A program made the translations under genes and the position numbers. This document shows positions 1 to 14,054 of a DNA stretch of 64,000 nucleotides, piece by piece. Below the pieces are notes generated by a model. That model searched no databases and was not told the origin of the DNA. It was given only the letters and a program-made list of their open reading frames with translations. How positions within the stretch are numbered: the stretch's first letter is position 1; each line of letters begins with the position of its first letter. The DNA is from Gnetum montanum. Taxonomy: Eukaryota > Plantae > Gnetophyta. The DNA lies in contig MNCI01002485.1 of the NCBI GenBank assembly GCA_015680685.1, positions 930,439-994,438 on the forward strand, read 5' to 3'.

Positions 1-1399
1 TATCTCTTTATCATCATTAGGAGCAAAGTAGAATTAGACAATATCATACACCTCACTTTGGACTAAACCATATGTGACAAAGCTATAACTATTCCAAGTG
101 GAAAGATAGCAAATTGTGATCAAATCATAATGATCTAGATGCCACAACTAGTTCCATCCATAGAATTTGACTGAATCATGTGTGAAAGCTTATGATTTGT
201 ATGACTGGGTGTAGGGGTGCCTCGCCGCTCATCGCATGGAGATAGTTTGATCCCCTAGTAGATAATAATGTGAATGTAGAATAAGGGTTTGAAGTGGAGT
301 TTCAGGAAGAAACTCCTACCATTAGCCACAAAATCAAAAAGCCTAAGGTATCAAAGAGGAAATGACAAACAATGATGAACCCATTGATGCACCATGGGGG
401 AAGCTCCTCTTTAACATTATTAGTGAAGGAGATGGAGAATAAAAGCTTGTGCAACATAGACCACACACATTTCCTAATATCTCAAATATTAGGAAACATC
501 TGCATAAGTGATGTGTACCCCTAGCCCTCATACCTCATGCACCTATGACCATGTAACCATATGTCCTTATAGCCTTGTAGCCTAGTTTACATGTTACCTT
601 TGCTTTATGTTAAAGTTAGATTTGGATATAGCTTAGAGTTTACTTTGGTTTTGCACTTTTAATTTTAAAGGCTTTATTTTCTTTTTATCAAAACAAAAAT
701 GTTATAAAAATTTTAGAAGTTGAAAAAACCCATAAACATTTTTTTATGTTCTCATTTATCGTAAGACCTACTAAGAACTTAAACTAGTAAAAAAATGTGA
801 GGGCCCATCATGACCTAAAATTGATAAGTCTTATGGCCTACCATGGCTTGAAACTAGCAAATAACATTATAACTTATTTATGATTTAGACTATAGCCTTA
901 TTTCCTAGATGTTTTAATCTTTTATCGTACCATAACCAAGATAGCCAACATAGCCTTAAATCATAGTTATAACACAAAACCGTAAAATTGTAGTAAAACC
1001 ATAATGCTAAAATAATATAGCCAAAATTAAAAACTTGAACTTAAAATAAAAATGTTTACAATAAAATAACCATGACCACATGATGTTGTAAAATGTTGAA
1101 ACAATAAATAATGCAAATATCCACAAATGAATATTTGGCTAACATTAGCCATAATAGCGTTAACAACAAACATGGTCAATAACAAAACAACTAAAAATAG
1201 ATAGTGGGTGATGCTAGTAGGCATCTAGTGGAGGAGCTGGAGGGTCATTCTTACCCTCACCACTAGGGCCACCAATATCACTTGGTGCCTATAACATGAC
1301 AACATAAAACCAATTAGTAATCAAATAACTTAAGCACAACTAGAATAAACCATAGTAAAGTTTAAATGAGAAAACCTGAGAGGGTTCTAGAGTAGCATA

Positions 1400-4225
1400 C
1401 TTTATGGAGAAGGTTTGAAGACCAACTTCTAGATGGTGGAGAAACTAGTCTTTAGTCATGTTAGCCTAGTTTACATCCCTAAGATTAACACCGGTGCAAA
1501 TGTTACTCTCGTTGATGTCTCTCCATGTAGGAGGCTCATCTTAGAAGGTGGCAATGGTTACCTCCCTTGAGGTAGTAGTCATCTATTGAATAGGGGAGTT
1601 TTCCATAACCACACTATTTGAAAATAGCTTGTATACTTCCTTTGCATTGATCTCCTTCATAAAGAATTCTAATTGATGTTGTTTTGTAGACTTGTCCTAC
1701 AACTAATTGAGGTAGGTGTCTTGCTAAACCTTGTATTATCTCTTGTGATCCTTTTGTTCTTAGCCCCACTCAAGAACACAAGCACAATAGTCCTTCAATT
1801 TGCCAACATTGCACTTTATTAGATCAATCTAAATCTTCTATTCTACTACCTCTCACGCATGGGCAACCTTGCCATGAATAACATTCTAGTAGTGGATCCC
1901 AAGTTATTTCCTTTGTGTGAGGAATTATTGTTGGTTGCTTGGGCCTCCACAAACTCCTCGTAGTTCTTGAAATCCTTTACCTCCTCTATTAGTTGCTTTT
2001 TCTCCCTCATATGTACCATAACTTGTTCCGATAGGAACTCATTGGAGCATCTACATTCCCACAAAGATTTTGCACATGAGAATGCACATCTAGTGAGAAT
2101 TTTGTACAACGTATGTGGAAAATTTTATATGTCAGGAGGTAAGGTAGAAAACACATCGATCTCTATGGCACAGTTAGGATTCCATCTCAACTTAGGCACT
2201 GTAAACAAAAATAAACAAACAACAAAATTAGGCATGTAAAACTAGTTAATAGCTAAAAAATGGAAAATAAGAAAAATTATATAATAGTTAATACCAAATA
2301 AAAGAAACAAAATCATGTAAGAAAAAATGAGTTATAACTCTCACCAACTTCTAGAGCTATTTGTTACAACTCATTGATCATGTCTTCGGCTATGCCTCGC
2401 ATGAACTCAATGTTATCAAGGGTGTTCATCCATGGTTGCAGCTTAGGTACTTATGATTTTTGATTTTACATATTATTATTATGCTTCCACCTCCTTCTTC
2501 CACATGAAAATCTATAAATCATATGGGCATTCATCCTTTTTCACTATGAGGAACTCTATAAATCTTTGTACATAAGCTACAATGAACATGAAATGCACAT
2601 GGCACTTTGTTGTGAGACTTTCTTGGATCTTTAGGATTTTTCTTTGTAGCCCAAAAACCAAATGAGTAGCCTAATTAAATTAGGAGCCCTTAGTTAAGAC
2701 CTTCTTCATGGTCCATGCTTGCTAAATGTCCATTATCTTTCCTTGCAAAAGCAACTTAGGAAATGCATGGGATTAGAATAGGAGATAAATCTCTCTAGCC
2801 TTTAAAACCTAGAACTAGCTTAGAGAGAATTACTTATGGTTACAATGAGTGTTTAACCATCCCTTAAATTCCTTCTAATGATCCACCTCCTTCGTTTCTT
2901 TGGTGGTAATCATCATGCTCTCATTGGAAACACCAAAGTGATCATAGAAGATGGACTCGTTAACATCCAAGGAAACAATCACACCAGGAACATGGATGAC
3001 AAACCTCTTGACTCTTTTGCTAAAGGATTAATGATGTTAATCATTTTCAAAATGGGAATGATAGAGCTTGGGATCATGAAGATATCAAGCATGCTTGCAT
3101 GGATGATCCTTGCCTAAATAGCCTTGGATGCATGATCAGCCAAAAAAATATTAGGTAGGTTCCACCTCACCAAAATTGATGATTAATTTCTTCTCAACAC
3201 ATCCTGAAGTAGTTATAGTCACTTTAGCTGATGGCACAACCCCTATGACATAATGAAAAATGGCCTATTAGTCTTGACATAGGTGCATTGTGTAAGATAA
3301 ATCATAACAAATATAGCAAAATTAAAATAAAACTAGTGTATCCACCTAACCAAATAAAGCCCAAAAAACTCAATGAAGATAGTGAAAATAAACAATCCAA
3401 TATATTAACTTCATCTATGTGATCAAGGCATCCTTGGAGCTCTAGGACATGAGTTCATTTTGACATCTTGAGATGGGTTTTTCGATCCACTATGAATTGT
3501 CCCATTTTTTAGACACCTCCTATAGGCATTAGGATGATGTTTGGTGTAATTATCAAACTCATTATTTAATTGGTCCATCACCTTAAAACTTATGATTAAA
3601 ATTTTGGTGAATAGCCCCACTGCTATTTGGGCCAAGGCTAAAAGGTTTTCATCCTTGGTCAATCCTTGATCATTTACCCTAAAACTATAGGTAAGTAAAA
3701 ACAACAAAAATTATTACAACTTAACTTTATGACAAGAAGAAAATAACAAATAAAATAGAAACAAAGATTATAATGATTATGCATACCCCTCTATATGGTA
3801 GATAGTTCTAGGGAAGTTCTGGAACAAGGTATGCACATGATGACCAACCAATAAGGTGTTGTCCATGTTGTACTACCTAAACTTTATCATCTTCCAAGTT
3901 TTTGATAATTTTTGAGTGCCCATAGTGGTTGTGTCATCATGTGCTTCGCCCTCTACATGAACCTCAAGATCATCAACTAGGAACTTGACGACTAAAGCAA
4001 AATGGTCTCAACAATGGCCATTGTTATTTCAGAAGCTAGGTGTAACTAAATCATCACATTGAAGTTCTAAAGTAGATAGATCAGGAAATCCGTTGATAAT
4101 GGGCTAATCCACAGTGAGTGATTTTCCACTCCATGTTAGGGGATGGAGTGTTGGGACTAGGCAAGTGGATGCAGCACAAGACTTCCACTAGCTCTATGAC
4201 AACCAAAATGGGCTTCAAGAATGCC
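1400..4225 (-). pseudogene. Antisense multi-exon accessory gene of element A (NIF/FCP1-like exon 3787-4225; second exon ~3424-3690; downstream exons ending in a coiled coil)
   Basis: Manual translation gives AFLKPILVVIELVEVL...STDFLIYLLxNFNVMIxLH...QKLSKTWKMIKFRxYNMDNTLLVGHHVHTLFQNFPRTIYHIE, bounded by tatag| and |gtatgc. ORF 3423-3707 (FRVNDQGL...) matches the second exon of B and C. Confidence 0.7.
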
Positions 4226-5899
4226 CTATAACATCCAACACATAACTGTTACAACCTTGTACAAATTAAAATTAAAACTTAATAATACCAAAACCATTAC
4301 AATCACCATGTCACATGAACATAACAACCTATTTCTACAACTAAATAATACTTCAACATGAAAATAACACTTAGACAAGATATTGAATAGAATAGTTAAC
4401 ACTTAATGGAAATGATAGTTTAAAATCAAAAGTGTGAAAATGATAGTTCATAACTGCAAACATGGAATTAATAGTTTAGAATCAAAATCTAATAGTGTAG
4501 AAAAACTCAAAACACAACCTAAGTTAATAAACCAAAATTCAATGAAATTGAATAACAATAACATCAAAAATAGGAACAACTGCAGTAAACAGTTAACAAA
4601 AAATATTAAATTTTTTTTAATTCTATCCAAACCACCTATAAACCCATCCCAACATCTCAATCTATCCTCAAGTTCATGGGATGTTGATAGAAAATATTTT
4701 CCAAAGTCTCAATGTTACCTATCTTCACAAGGGTAAATGCCCAATAGCCATAAAACCTTAATTTCAAGTAACTTAATGAAAAAATTTGCAAAAAATTAAC
4801 CTCTTAACAAACTTTGATGATTTCATAACCATTGGAATCATAAAACCATGAGCTATAAGCCCATAATAAATAAACATAAAAATTCTCAACCAACCCTTTA
4901 GAAAAAATTACAAAATTAACCTAACTATGGTAGTCGTAAATAAAACCCTATTTTGCACAAGCTTACAGAAACACATGCTAAGAATAAATTTTTCAAAAAA
5001 ATTTTATGATTCTACCATTGTTGGAGTTCTTGAATGATGAGTTGAATACCAATGAAATTAAAATCGAAAAATTCATAATAGTTTACTAAAAAAAATACTA
5101 AAATTATACCCAAAAATAGCCAAAAATGGAAAGCCCACTTTACATAGCCTGATGGAAAAAACCATATAAATTACCCATATGGAGAAATTGAGGGGTTAAA
5201 AAATTAAATTGACCAAAATAAAATAGAAAATAGCCATATAGCCTTAAAAAAATCAAAAAACATAATTTATTCCTTAGGAAAAAATTCATAATTAGCATTG
5301 CTTTTTTCAATGGAAAAAGCAAAAAACCCATGGAATTCATGGAAAATACCATTTATTCCAAAATGAAAACAAAACAAAACCTAAAATCCATGCAATGCCA
5401 AAAAATGACTAGACATGGCATAAACCTACAATGAGATTTTTACAAAATTCCAAAATAACTTATACACAAGCCTAGATTTGAGAAATAGAATAAACCCAAT
5501 AAATAGAATAGATGGAATAAATTCGAAAAATAGGAAGACTATGTACCTTGGATAAACTATAGTAGAACCTTTTCTAATCCTACGATGTGGAAGTTGTGAA
5601 AGATCATGAGTAGCTGCATTTGCCTCCTCTAAGGTAGGGTTCTTGGTGGAAGCCTTCCTTCACAACATGATGAATACTAGTGTAGTAAAACACTGGAAAA
5701 ACTTGGAATTCTGGCAAACCTAGGAGGATTATGCTAGCACTGGTAGTTGAATAGGTTATCACTACATTGGGACTAGTAGTAGTGGCAAGCACAAAGCTTA
5801 CAACTTGGGTGAAACTACTAAGAAGTGAGAAAAAAAATGATTTTTGCAACTTTGGAATAGTGAAAACCCACATAAACCCAAGGATCCAATGGATCCACC

Positions 5900-8170
5900 T
5901 TGTAACCTTGGTTTCCATGCACAACTCCAACTATACTTAGTGATAGAATTAGAAACTTAGACTATGTTGGATGTAAGAAAGCCATTCCATCCCAAACTTG
6001 CTAATTTCATGTGGTTCTCACTAGGTGCTAAGTAAATAAGCTAATCCCATGACTATGCTAGGATTTTGGACTACTAGGCTTGACTACACTAGGGATTAAA
6101 CTAATGAAAGCCTTTGAATAAGTGCCATATCCCATTTACCTTCACCCATGCTAAAAAACCTCATGACCAAGCCAGGTAAGAAAGTGTCAACATTCATGAC
6201 AATTGAACTACAAAAGGCCTTTTAGAATCATGTGAAAACTTGGTTTCCCATGTTACTACATTGGCCTAGAGCTAGACTACATTGGCCTAGCATAGTCGAA
6301 TGGGATCTAGTACCTTTTTCCAATTCCAAGCAATCCATACACACTGACCATTAACCCATGGAACCTTATACCCAAACTAGTAGCTAGGAGTTAGGATTAG
6401 CAATCACTGGGTAGTAGAATGACATTAAATCTTACCACAAAATCTAGCCTCCAATTGACTCCAAACATCAATTCCATCTTTTCAAACCATGGACAAATCT
6501 CTTAATAACCTAAAAAATTGGTCAAATTCATTAAATGATGCAAAAAAATGATTAAAACTCATGACTACACTGGAGGGAGGCTATGACTATGGTGACCTTG
6601 TGGAGTCACAGGGTTTGTAAATGTGACTGATCATAAAAACCATGATAAGCCTTCAAAACTTCACTTCACAGCCTTCACACCTCCCTAGGACCCCTAATGA
6701 TCTCAGACTATTGACTAAGCAGGCAAAAATCCATTAAAAGCCCATTAAAATTTAATCCCCAAGCCTAACTATGTTAAGGATTTCTTAACTATATTGTGCT
6801 AGTGTAGTTACTAATGGTGCCTAGTGTAGTCCACCTAAAAAGGTTGAAACCAATCATTTCCTAGTTAAACCCACTTCTTGAAAACCTCAAAACATAGCCA
6901 AACTAGAAACCAAGACAACACTTACCACTTTTTCCCATTTGAAACATTTTCCAACCCCAACTATGCTAGGGATTTCATGACTATGTTGGTCTAATATAGT
7001 CACTAGTCATGCCTAATGTAGTCCATGTAAACTTGACCAAAATTTGTCATAAATAACTCAAATTCACATTTGTCAAACCCTACAATCCTACTAGTGTCTA
7101 TTTTGAACATAAAACCAAGAATTTTCCATTTCTCAACCCCTAACTATGCTGCAATTTGCATGGCTACACTGGGCTAGCATAGTCATCAGTAGATTCCAAT
7201 GTAGTCTTCTTGAAAAATGCTAAAATTGGCCTTAAACAAGCCAAATTGACCTCCCAAACCCATTTGGAGCTTGCTAGGACACAAAATCATGGAAAATCAA
7301 ATCAAAAATCACCATTAATTAGTCCAAATATCTCAACTACATTGGGAATTACATGCCTACATTGGGCCAACATAATTAAGAGGTATTTGACCATTCCTAG
7401 ATCCAAGCAATCATCAAAACTAATAATTTTGATACTAAAACCCTAGCTAGTATACCAGTGACCCTAGGAGTTCATTAGCATGGTTGACAGGGCAAAGAAA
7501 CTCATCAAGATACATTTTCCATACATCACTACACAAGGGATGCCTGTGACTACATTGGGCTAGCATAGTCATAGTAGGAACATATTTTGTGGGAACATCA
7601 AAAATACTGTACCACTCATAATGGTCCAAAACTCACTCAAGAAGCCTAGAACCCTATTCCACCCCATATAGTTGCAATTCCACTTTGTTTCAACCTTGAA
7701 AAAATTCAATTTTTCATGCCTATGATGGCATCATGCATGACTACACTGGACCAACATGGTCAAATGGGAAATGCAATAAAACCCATTTTGTTGCCCAAAT
7801 TCAAGTCCAAAAATCCAATTTAGTTTTCCAATGATCTTGTGCTAACCTAGGAAGTTGATAGAGTTTGAATCCAAACCCAAAAACCTCATGAATTTATTTA
7901 TTCCATGCAACTACACTGGGGCCTACAATAACTATGTTGGCTAGCATAGTCACCAATGGAAACATGTTTTTCAACCTTCTAGGTGGTGAAAACAAAGCCA
8001 AAATTTACCAATACTCAATACCAAGCCCATGCACTAGTTTTCTAGACCATTAGAAGCCTGAAAGTGATCATACTAAGCCTAGGAAACTATCCATGAATGC
8101 TAACTACACTAGGGAATGCATGACTATGTTGGACTAGCATAGTCACTAGTAAAGCCTAGCATAGTCACAA
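5900..8170. repeat. Array of degenerate GACTACGCTGGG / CCCAGCGTAGTC motifs (CpG-decayed to ACTACAC/ACTATGC) upstream of the antisense gene of A
   Basis: Many occurrences of gactacactggg, actatgctagg, ctagcatagtc and ctagtgtagt in both orientations. Confidence 0.75.
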
Positions 8171-8824
8171 GAAAAAGTGCTAATTTTACCTCAAAAAAGC
8201 CTTGGAATAATCCCTTCATGTGTCCAAACTCCCTTGGTAACCTTGTAGCCTTATACCATGGTTCACTAAGGCCTAAAATTGGCAAAATCTAACCTTTTTT
8301 GACCAATATGAACCAGGTTTTATCACATATATTCTATTTTTATGGATTTAACCTTGTTTTAAGGTGTTTTGACTTGTTTGGATCTTGTTTTGTATTTTTG
8401 ACCTTCATTGCCATACGTTAACCTCATCTAGCCTCTACATTACTTTAGTTTCATCATATTTACCTTTTTTCTCTCTCTTATGGCCTTTTTTTATTCTTGT
8501 TTAGCCTTTGACTAATGTTAAAGTCATGTGATTTGACTATCATTTAACACCATGTAACCATGGCCAACCAATGCCTTAAACTAGCAAAAGTATAACCTTA
8601 GTTGATCATATTTGACTTTATTTTCCATATTTTTATGGTGTTCCAACTTGCTTTAACATTTATTTAACCTTATTTGGCCTTTATTCCATCTTATCTACCT
8701 TCACATACATCCTATAGCCTTGGTTGACCTTGTTCGCATTCTGTTTGACATTGAAATAACATGTGCTTGCATATTTACTAAGGTATTTTATATCATTTTA
8801 GTATTATTTACTCATTTTTACATG

Positions 8825-10520
8825 GTTCCACTTAATGTGCTTATGGTTGACATGGAGGATAGGAGTATGGATAGCTGGAAGAAAATCACTTTGCCTTTGA
8901 GTCTAAGTGAACGCCATGATGATGTTGAATAAAGTATTAATCCTAATTACCTAGATATTGAGCCTCAGGGTCTTATCAATTACATAGCCTCTATAGAGAA
9001 ACCTATAGAATGGCCTAAAAACATAGTTAAAACCCTTAACCTTGAGGCTAGGAAATTTATAGAGGACTCTCTAGTTGAGGTTCTTATCATGACACACAAT
9101 GATGAGAGGAAAACCCTAAAACTAAGTTCCTCACTAGAGCCTTAATAGGCTCAAGACATCACCAAGTTCCTACAAGATATTATTAAGGTATTTTCTAGTG
9201 ATATGAAGATATGTTAGGTTTAGAGCCACATTTAGTCTAACACAACATCATACTCGATACTAGCATTAGACTAGTTAAATAAAAGGTTCATAAGATTAGA
9301 CCTAATTTGGCCTTAGTAGTCCATGATGAAATCACAAAACTATACCTCGATGGTTTCATCAAAGTTAATTACATAGAATGGGTGTCCAACATAGTGGTAG
9401 TCCCTAGGAAAAATGGGAGTATACATATTTGCATTAATTTCTAATATTTAAATAAGGTGATCATCAAGGATGATTTTACTTTTACTAGTATTAACCAACT
9501 TATCGATACTATGGTTGGACATGCCTTATTAGCCTTTATGGATGAGTTCTTGGGTACAACTATATTTGGATTAATTCAAAGCATCAACTCAGTATGACCT
9601 TCATGACTCATTGTAGTACCTTTTGTTATACTATGATTCCCTTTAGCCTAAAGAATGCAAGAGCAACCTACCAAAGAGCAATGACATATATATTTAGTGA
9701 TTATATGATAGGTTTGATCAACGATTATGTAGATGATATAAGCTGTTAAGTCTAAAGTCATTGATGAGAATACACATGACCTTGACCTTGACCTTGACCT
9801 TGTGTTAAAATGATGTCTTAGATTATGAGCTTAGGCTTAATCCAAAGAGTGCGTATTTGGTGTTAAAACTAGTAAGATTTTTGGATTTGTAGTATTTGAA
9901 GTAGGAATATGTATTGATCCTAATAAGGTTAATGCCATATCCAACTTGGTAGCACCTACTAACCTTAATAAACTTAAGGGATTGCAAGGAAAAATACAAT
10001 TTATATGTTGGTTTATCGCTAGGCTTATAAATAAGTTACAACCCATGTAACACTTGTGTAAGAAAGTAGTTCACTATGAGTGGATGACTAAATGATAAGA
10101 AGCCTTTCAAAACCTTAAGCAAGAGTTGGCATAGCTACTAGTAGTCTATCCTCCATAAGAGTATAAACCTTTTTACATCTACCTTGCTATCTCTAATAGG
10201 TCTATTTCCTCTCTACTCTATTAAAAATGAGATGATGGAGCAAAGTCACCTGTATACTACTTAAGCCATGCATTAGTTACACATGAGATCCAATATATTG
10301 AAGTGGAGAAGTATTGTCTAGCACTAGTCATCTTATTGAAGAAGTGAAGATACTACCTCTTTAGGAGCTAGGTTAACATCATTTGCGAAGATAATGTGCT
10401 TAGAGCCATAATGATGAACATCTATGAAAGTATTTGTATAGTCCATTGGAAAGTCATAATAATAGAGTTTGACCTTCATTACATTTCTCAAGCCTCAATG
10501 AAAGGTCAAGATATCATCAC
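8825..10520 (+). pseudogene. pol: Reverse transcriptase + RNase H of element A (degenerate)
   Basis: Remnant motifs EWVSNIVVVPRKNG, FMD, PFSLKNAxATYQRAM, DYVDD, LNPKECVFG, and RH PVYYLSH...YxEVEKYCLALV; many stops and frameshifts. Confidence 0.9.
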
Positions 10521-10619
10521 AAAACTCACTGTTTCATCATTAGATGACCATGTGACTATAGATCGTGAATTCCCATATGACCACATCAACATCATTAGCC
10601 AAGAAACTGAGGGGCATGA

Positions 10620-10990
10620 GGTAATCATGCACTTTCATGGAGCTTCAACTACCCATGGGGCTAGTTTTGTTGTCATCATAACATTCCCATATGATGAAAT
10701 CCAATCCTTCACTCACTGTTTTAAATTTCCTTATACCACCAATGTAGTGAAGCATGAGGGTTTGATTAGGGAAGTGATGGTAGCTCGTGACCAAGGACTA
10801 AAACTTTTAATGATCAAATTTGATTCACAAATTGTGGTTAAACAAGTAACCAAGGTTTATGCATGTAAGCCAAACATTTGCAACCCTACTATGACCTAGC
10901 AAAGAAACTAATGCAATAATTTATAGACATTGATGTCCAACATGCCCTAAACCAAGAACACTATAGTTGATGTTGTTGCAACACAAGCCC
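10620..10990 (+). pseudogene. Additional archaeal-type RNase HI (aRH) domain of element A, diagnostic of the Tat clade
   Basis: ORF 10396-10899: MHFHGAS...TTNVVKHEGLI...FDSQIVVKQV, matching the FDGAS/TNNxAEYEAL/GDSQLVVxQV consensus. Confidence 0.85.
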
Positions 10991-11231
10991 TTAGTATGAT
11001 GGCAGATGTGTTTAGCAAGTTGCACACCTTGACTATGGACTACACTATCCCCATCACATAGAGCACTAAGGATACCTCTGTGGCCATAGTTCATACTACT
11101 CCCCAAAAGAAATGGTACGATGATATCAAATTTTACCATATGCATGGTGAACATTCACAAAGCCTAACTATTGCTCAAAAAGACATTGTACATAAATCAT
11201 CAAAATAGTATTTTATAGTAGGCAATAACAC

Positions 11232-11400
11232 AGCAACGGCGGCAACAGCAGCAACGGCAGCAGCAACGGCGGCAATGGTAGCAACGGCAGCAGCGGCAGC
11301 AACGACCGCAACAGCACCGATGGCGGCCACGGCTGCAACGGATGCTACGGCTACGGCTGTCGCGGAGCCGGCGGCAGCTACGGCCACGGCCATGGTGGCC
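11232..11400 (+). repeat. (GCAACG/GCAGCA/GCGGCA)n microsatellite-like tract at the L1 5' end, encoding an Ala/Thr-rich repeat
   Basis: agcaacggcggcaacagcagcaacggcagcagcaacgg... Confidence 0.85.
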
Positions 11401-12974
11401 GACGGTGCGGTTGGGCCTGCGGCGGCCGCCACGGGGGGCGCCGGGACCCCCACGGCTTTGGGTGTGGTGTTTCAGGGGTCGGGTGTTGGCGCGGCCGTGG
11501 GATCCCCGGAGCCCGCTGCTCCGCGCGGGGCCATCGAGGGCCACTCCCGCTCCAACCACACCTTGCGCCTTCGCATCCGAACCCCCCCAGACGGCGTGCG
11601 CACAATGGAACGGAGTCTCATTGGTCGGTTCGTCTCCAAGGGGATCTACCCCCGCTTAGATCTGATTCGGCGCTGGGTCAAGGAGCAGTGGAAGTTGGAG
11701 GGCGTGACCGTCCGGAGCCTCTCGGAGGACCTGGTTCTCTTCGTCCTCCCCTCCCTGTAGGCCCGCGACTCAGTCCTTCTCAGCAAACCTTGGTTCTACA
11801 GGGCCCGGGGCCTCGCACTGACCCCCTGGCGCACCGGGGCGCATCGAGAACCCGATTTGTTCACCCGCGCCCCCATTTGGATCCGGGTGGCCGGTATCCC
11901 GTGGGAGTTATGGGGCCTTGAGTTTTTGCGGGAGGTGGCAGGACATTTCGGCGAGTTCATCACCTTCGACCGGGTCACGCGGTCGCTGGACAGGTTGGGC
12001 TATGCCCGCTTCTGTGTTTGGCGCAGCTTGGCTGAGCACGACTTGGTCTGGGAGGTCGTTTTGGAACTCCCGGGGGGTGAGGAATCCCTCCAAGTTACCT
12101 ACGAAAACCTGGATGATGGGGACCTGTCCGTGCGCTGCCCGCCCCCCCGCACGGCCAGACCGGGGGGTGCGAGTGCTGTGGTAAGTCGGGCCACCACGAG
12201 GTAGACTGTCGCTTTCACAAGGCCCGCTCGACTAATCCTGCCCGCCAGCTCTTCGAGGAGGGCAACTAGGTCACCGTGGCCCGCAAGGGGCGTCTGCGGC
12301 CCCTGCCCTCCCACCCACCTCCCCCNNNNNNNNNNNNNNNNNNNNNNNNNNNNNNNNNNNNNNNNNNNNNNNNNNNNNNNNNNNNNNNNNNNNNNNNNNN
12401 NNNNNNNNNNNNNNNNNNNNNNNNNNNNNNNNNNNNNNNNNNNNNNNNNNNNNNNNNNNNNNNNNNNNNNNNNNNNNNNNNNNNNNNNNNNNNNNNNNNN
12501 NNNNNNNNNNNNNNNNNNNNNNNNNNNNNNNNNNNNNNNNNNNNNNNNNNNNNNNNNNNNNNNNNNNNNNNNNNNNNNNNNNNNNNNNNNNNNNNNNNNN
12601 NNNNNNNNNNNNNNNNNNNNNNNNNNNNNNNNNNNNNNNNNNNNNNNNNNNNNNNNNNNNNNNNNNNNNNNNNNNNNNNNNNNNNNNNNNNNNNNNNNNN
12701 NNNNNNNNNNNNNNNNNNNNNNNNNNNNNNNNNNNNNNNNNNNNNNNNNNNNNNNNNNNNNNNNNNNNNNNNNNNNNNCACTAGTCGTTCCCGCCTCCCC
12801 TCACGTCGACCAACTACTCCCCCACACTCTCTCTCCCTCGATACCATCTACGGGTCCCCCGCCTGGTCACCGCCTCGATCCCCATCCCCGATCCCTTCCC
12901 CCCCATCCACATCCCCCGAGCCACAACCGATGGGGGATTGGGCCAACATCGTTCGCCGGAGTACCAGGACCTGA
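11275..12974 (+). pseudogene. L1 ORF1 (DUF4283-like), broken by TAG stops at 11758 and 12202 and an assembly gap
   Basis: ERSLIGRF...RRWVKEQWKL...KPWFY...LTPW...APIWIRVAGIPWELW...GEFITFD...YARFCV...VTYENL, followed by a Pro/Ser-rich tail. Confidence 0.88.
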
Positions 12975-13158
12975 CAGTGCAATGCGCCGCCCTCCCCCAC
13001 TGGGGGGCCTGCTGCACCCCCGTGCTCCGGGATAGGGAGGGCCGCCTAGGCCGCCCGACCGCAGCCCGCTCCAGAGGCCGGCAAGCCCAGCGTAACATCG
13101 ATTTGGGTCACCAACAGACGTTACGGGAGTACTACCCGTGCCACCCCTCTGGTTGCAC

Positions 13159-14054
13159 ATGAAGGTTCTCAGCTGGAATTGTCGGGGGCAGGGTACCCCC
13201 TATAAACGAAATACCCTACGCAATATTGTCCGAGAGGAAGAGTGTGATGTGGTCTATCTCCAGGAAACCAAGCTGCAGGTTGCGGAATCCGGTCACCTCC
13301 AGTGGACGGACTGGACCACGTACCTGCACCCCTGCCAAGGCCGGGCCGGCGGCCTGGCTATTCTTGCTCGGCCGGCTTCTAGTCTGGTGGATGCCTCCTC
13401 GTGGACCATCACGGTTCGCCTTCATGACCATGGATATTGGTTGACCAATTTCTATGGGGCGCAGGCCTGGGAGCTTCGGCTCCAGGAGTTGAATCGAGTG
13501 GCCTCGCTGGTGCCGGACCACAGCTCCTGGGTGGTTTTTGGAGACTTCAATCAACGTTTGTACCCCTGGGAGAAATCCGGGGGGGTTCCCCCCCCCCGTC
13601 GGGGGCGCCTGATTTCATGGAGTTCCTAGAGCGCTCGTCTCTTGTTGATCTGCCCATTGAGAACTGCCGCTTCACTTGGAGTAAACGGCGGCTGGGGGTG
13701 CACCACGTTCTCACCTGTATCGACCGGGTGTGTGTGAGTTCCGCTCTGCTCCTTAGCGCCGCCATCACCGTGACTGGGCAGGAGAGGGCTACTTCGGATC
13801 ACCGCTCGCTCGTGGTGACAGTTGGCCCGCCCCCGCCCCGGGCCCCACGCCCTTTTCGGTTCGAACCTTCGTGGCTGGCCAAGCCGTGGCTTCGCCCGCT
13901 GGTGGAAGATGTCTGGGCCGACTACCGGCCGGGTTGGACGGACCCCCGGACCTTCCTCAAAGAGGCCCTCCATCGGCTCAAGTGGGCCATCCGGGCCCTC
14001 CCGGTGGGGGAAAGGTTTTCGTTTCGTGCGAGCCAAAGGCTGGCTCGGGCGTAG
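13159..14054 (+). pseudogene. L1 ORF2 N-terminal AP-like endonuclease (frameshift in the C-run near 13590; TAG at 14052)
   Basis: MKVLSWNCRG, LQETK, NFYG, WVVFGDFN, FTW, IDRV, SDH, PFRFEPSWL. Confidence 0.93.

Noticed and set aside
13588-13597. Frameshift in the L1 endonuclease as possible programmed frameshifting
   Set aside because: It lies in a C homopolymer inside a conserved domain; sequencing error or slippage is more likely.
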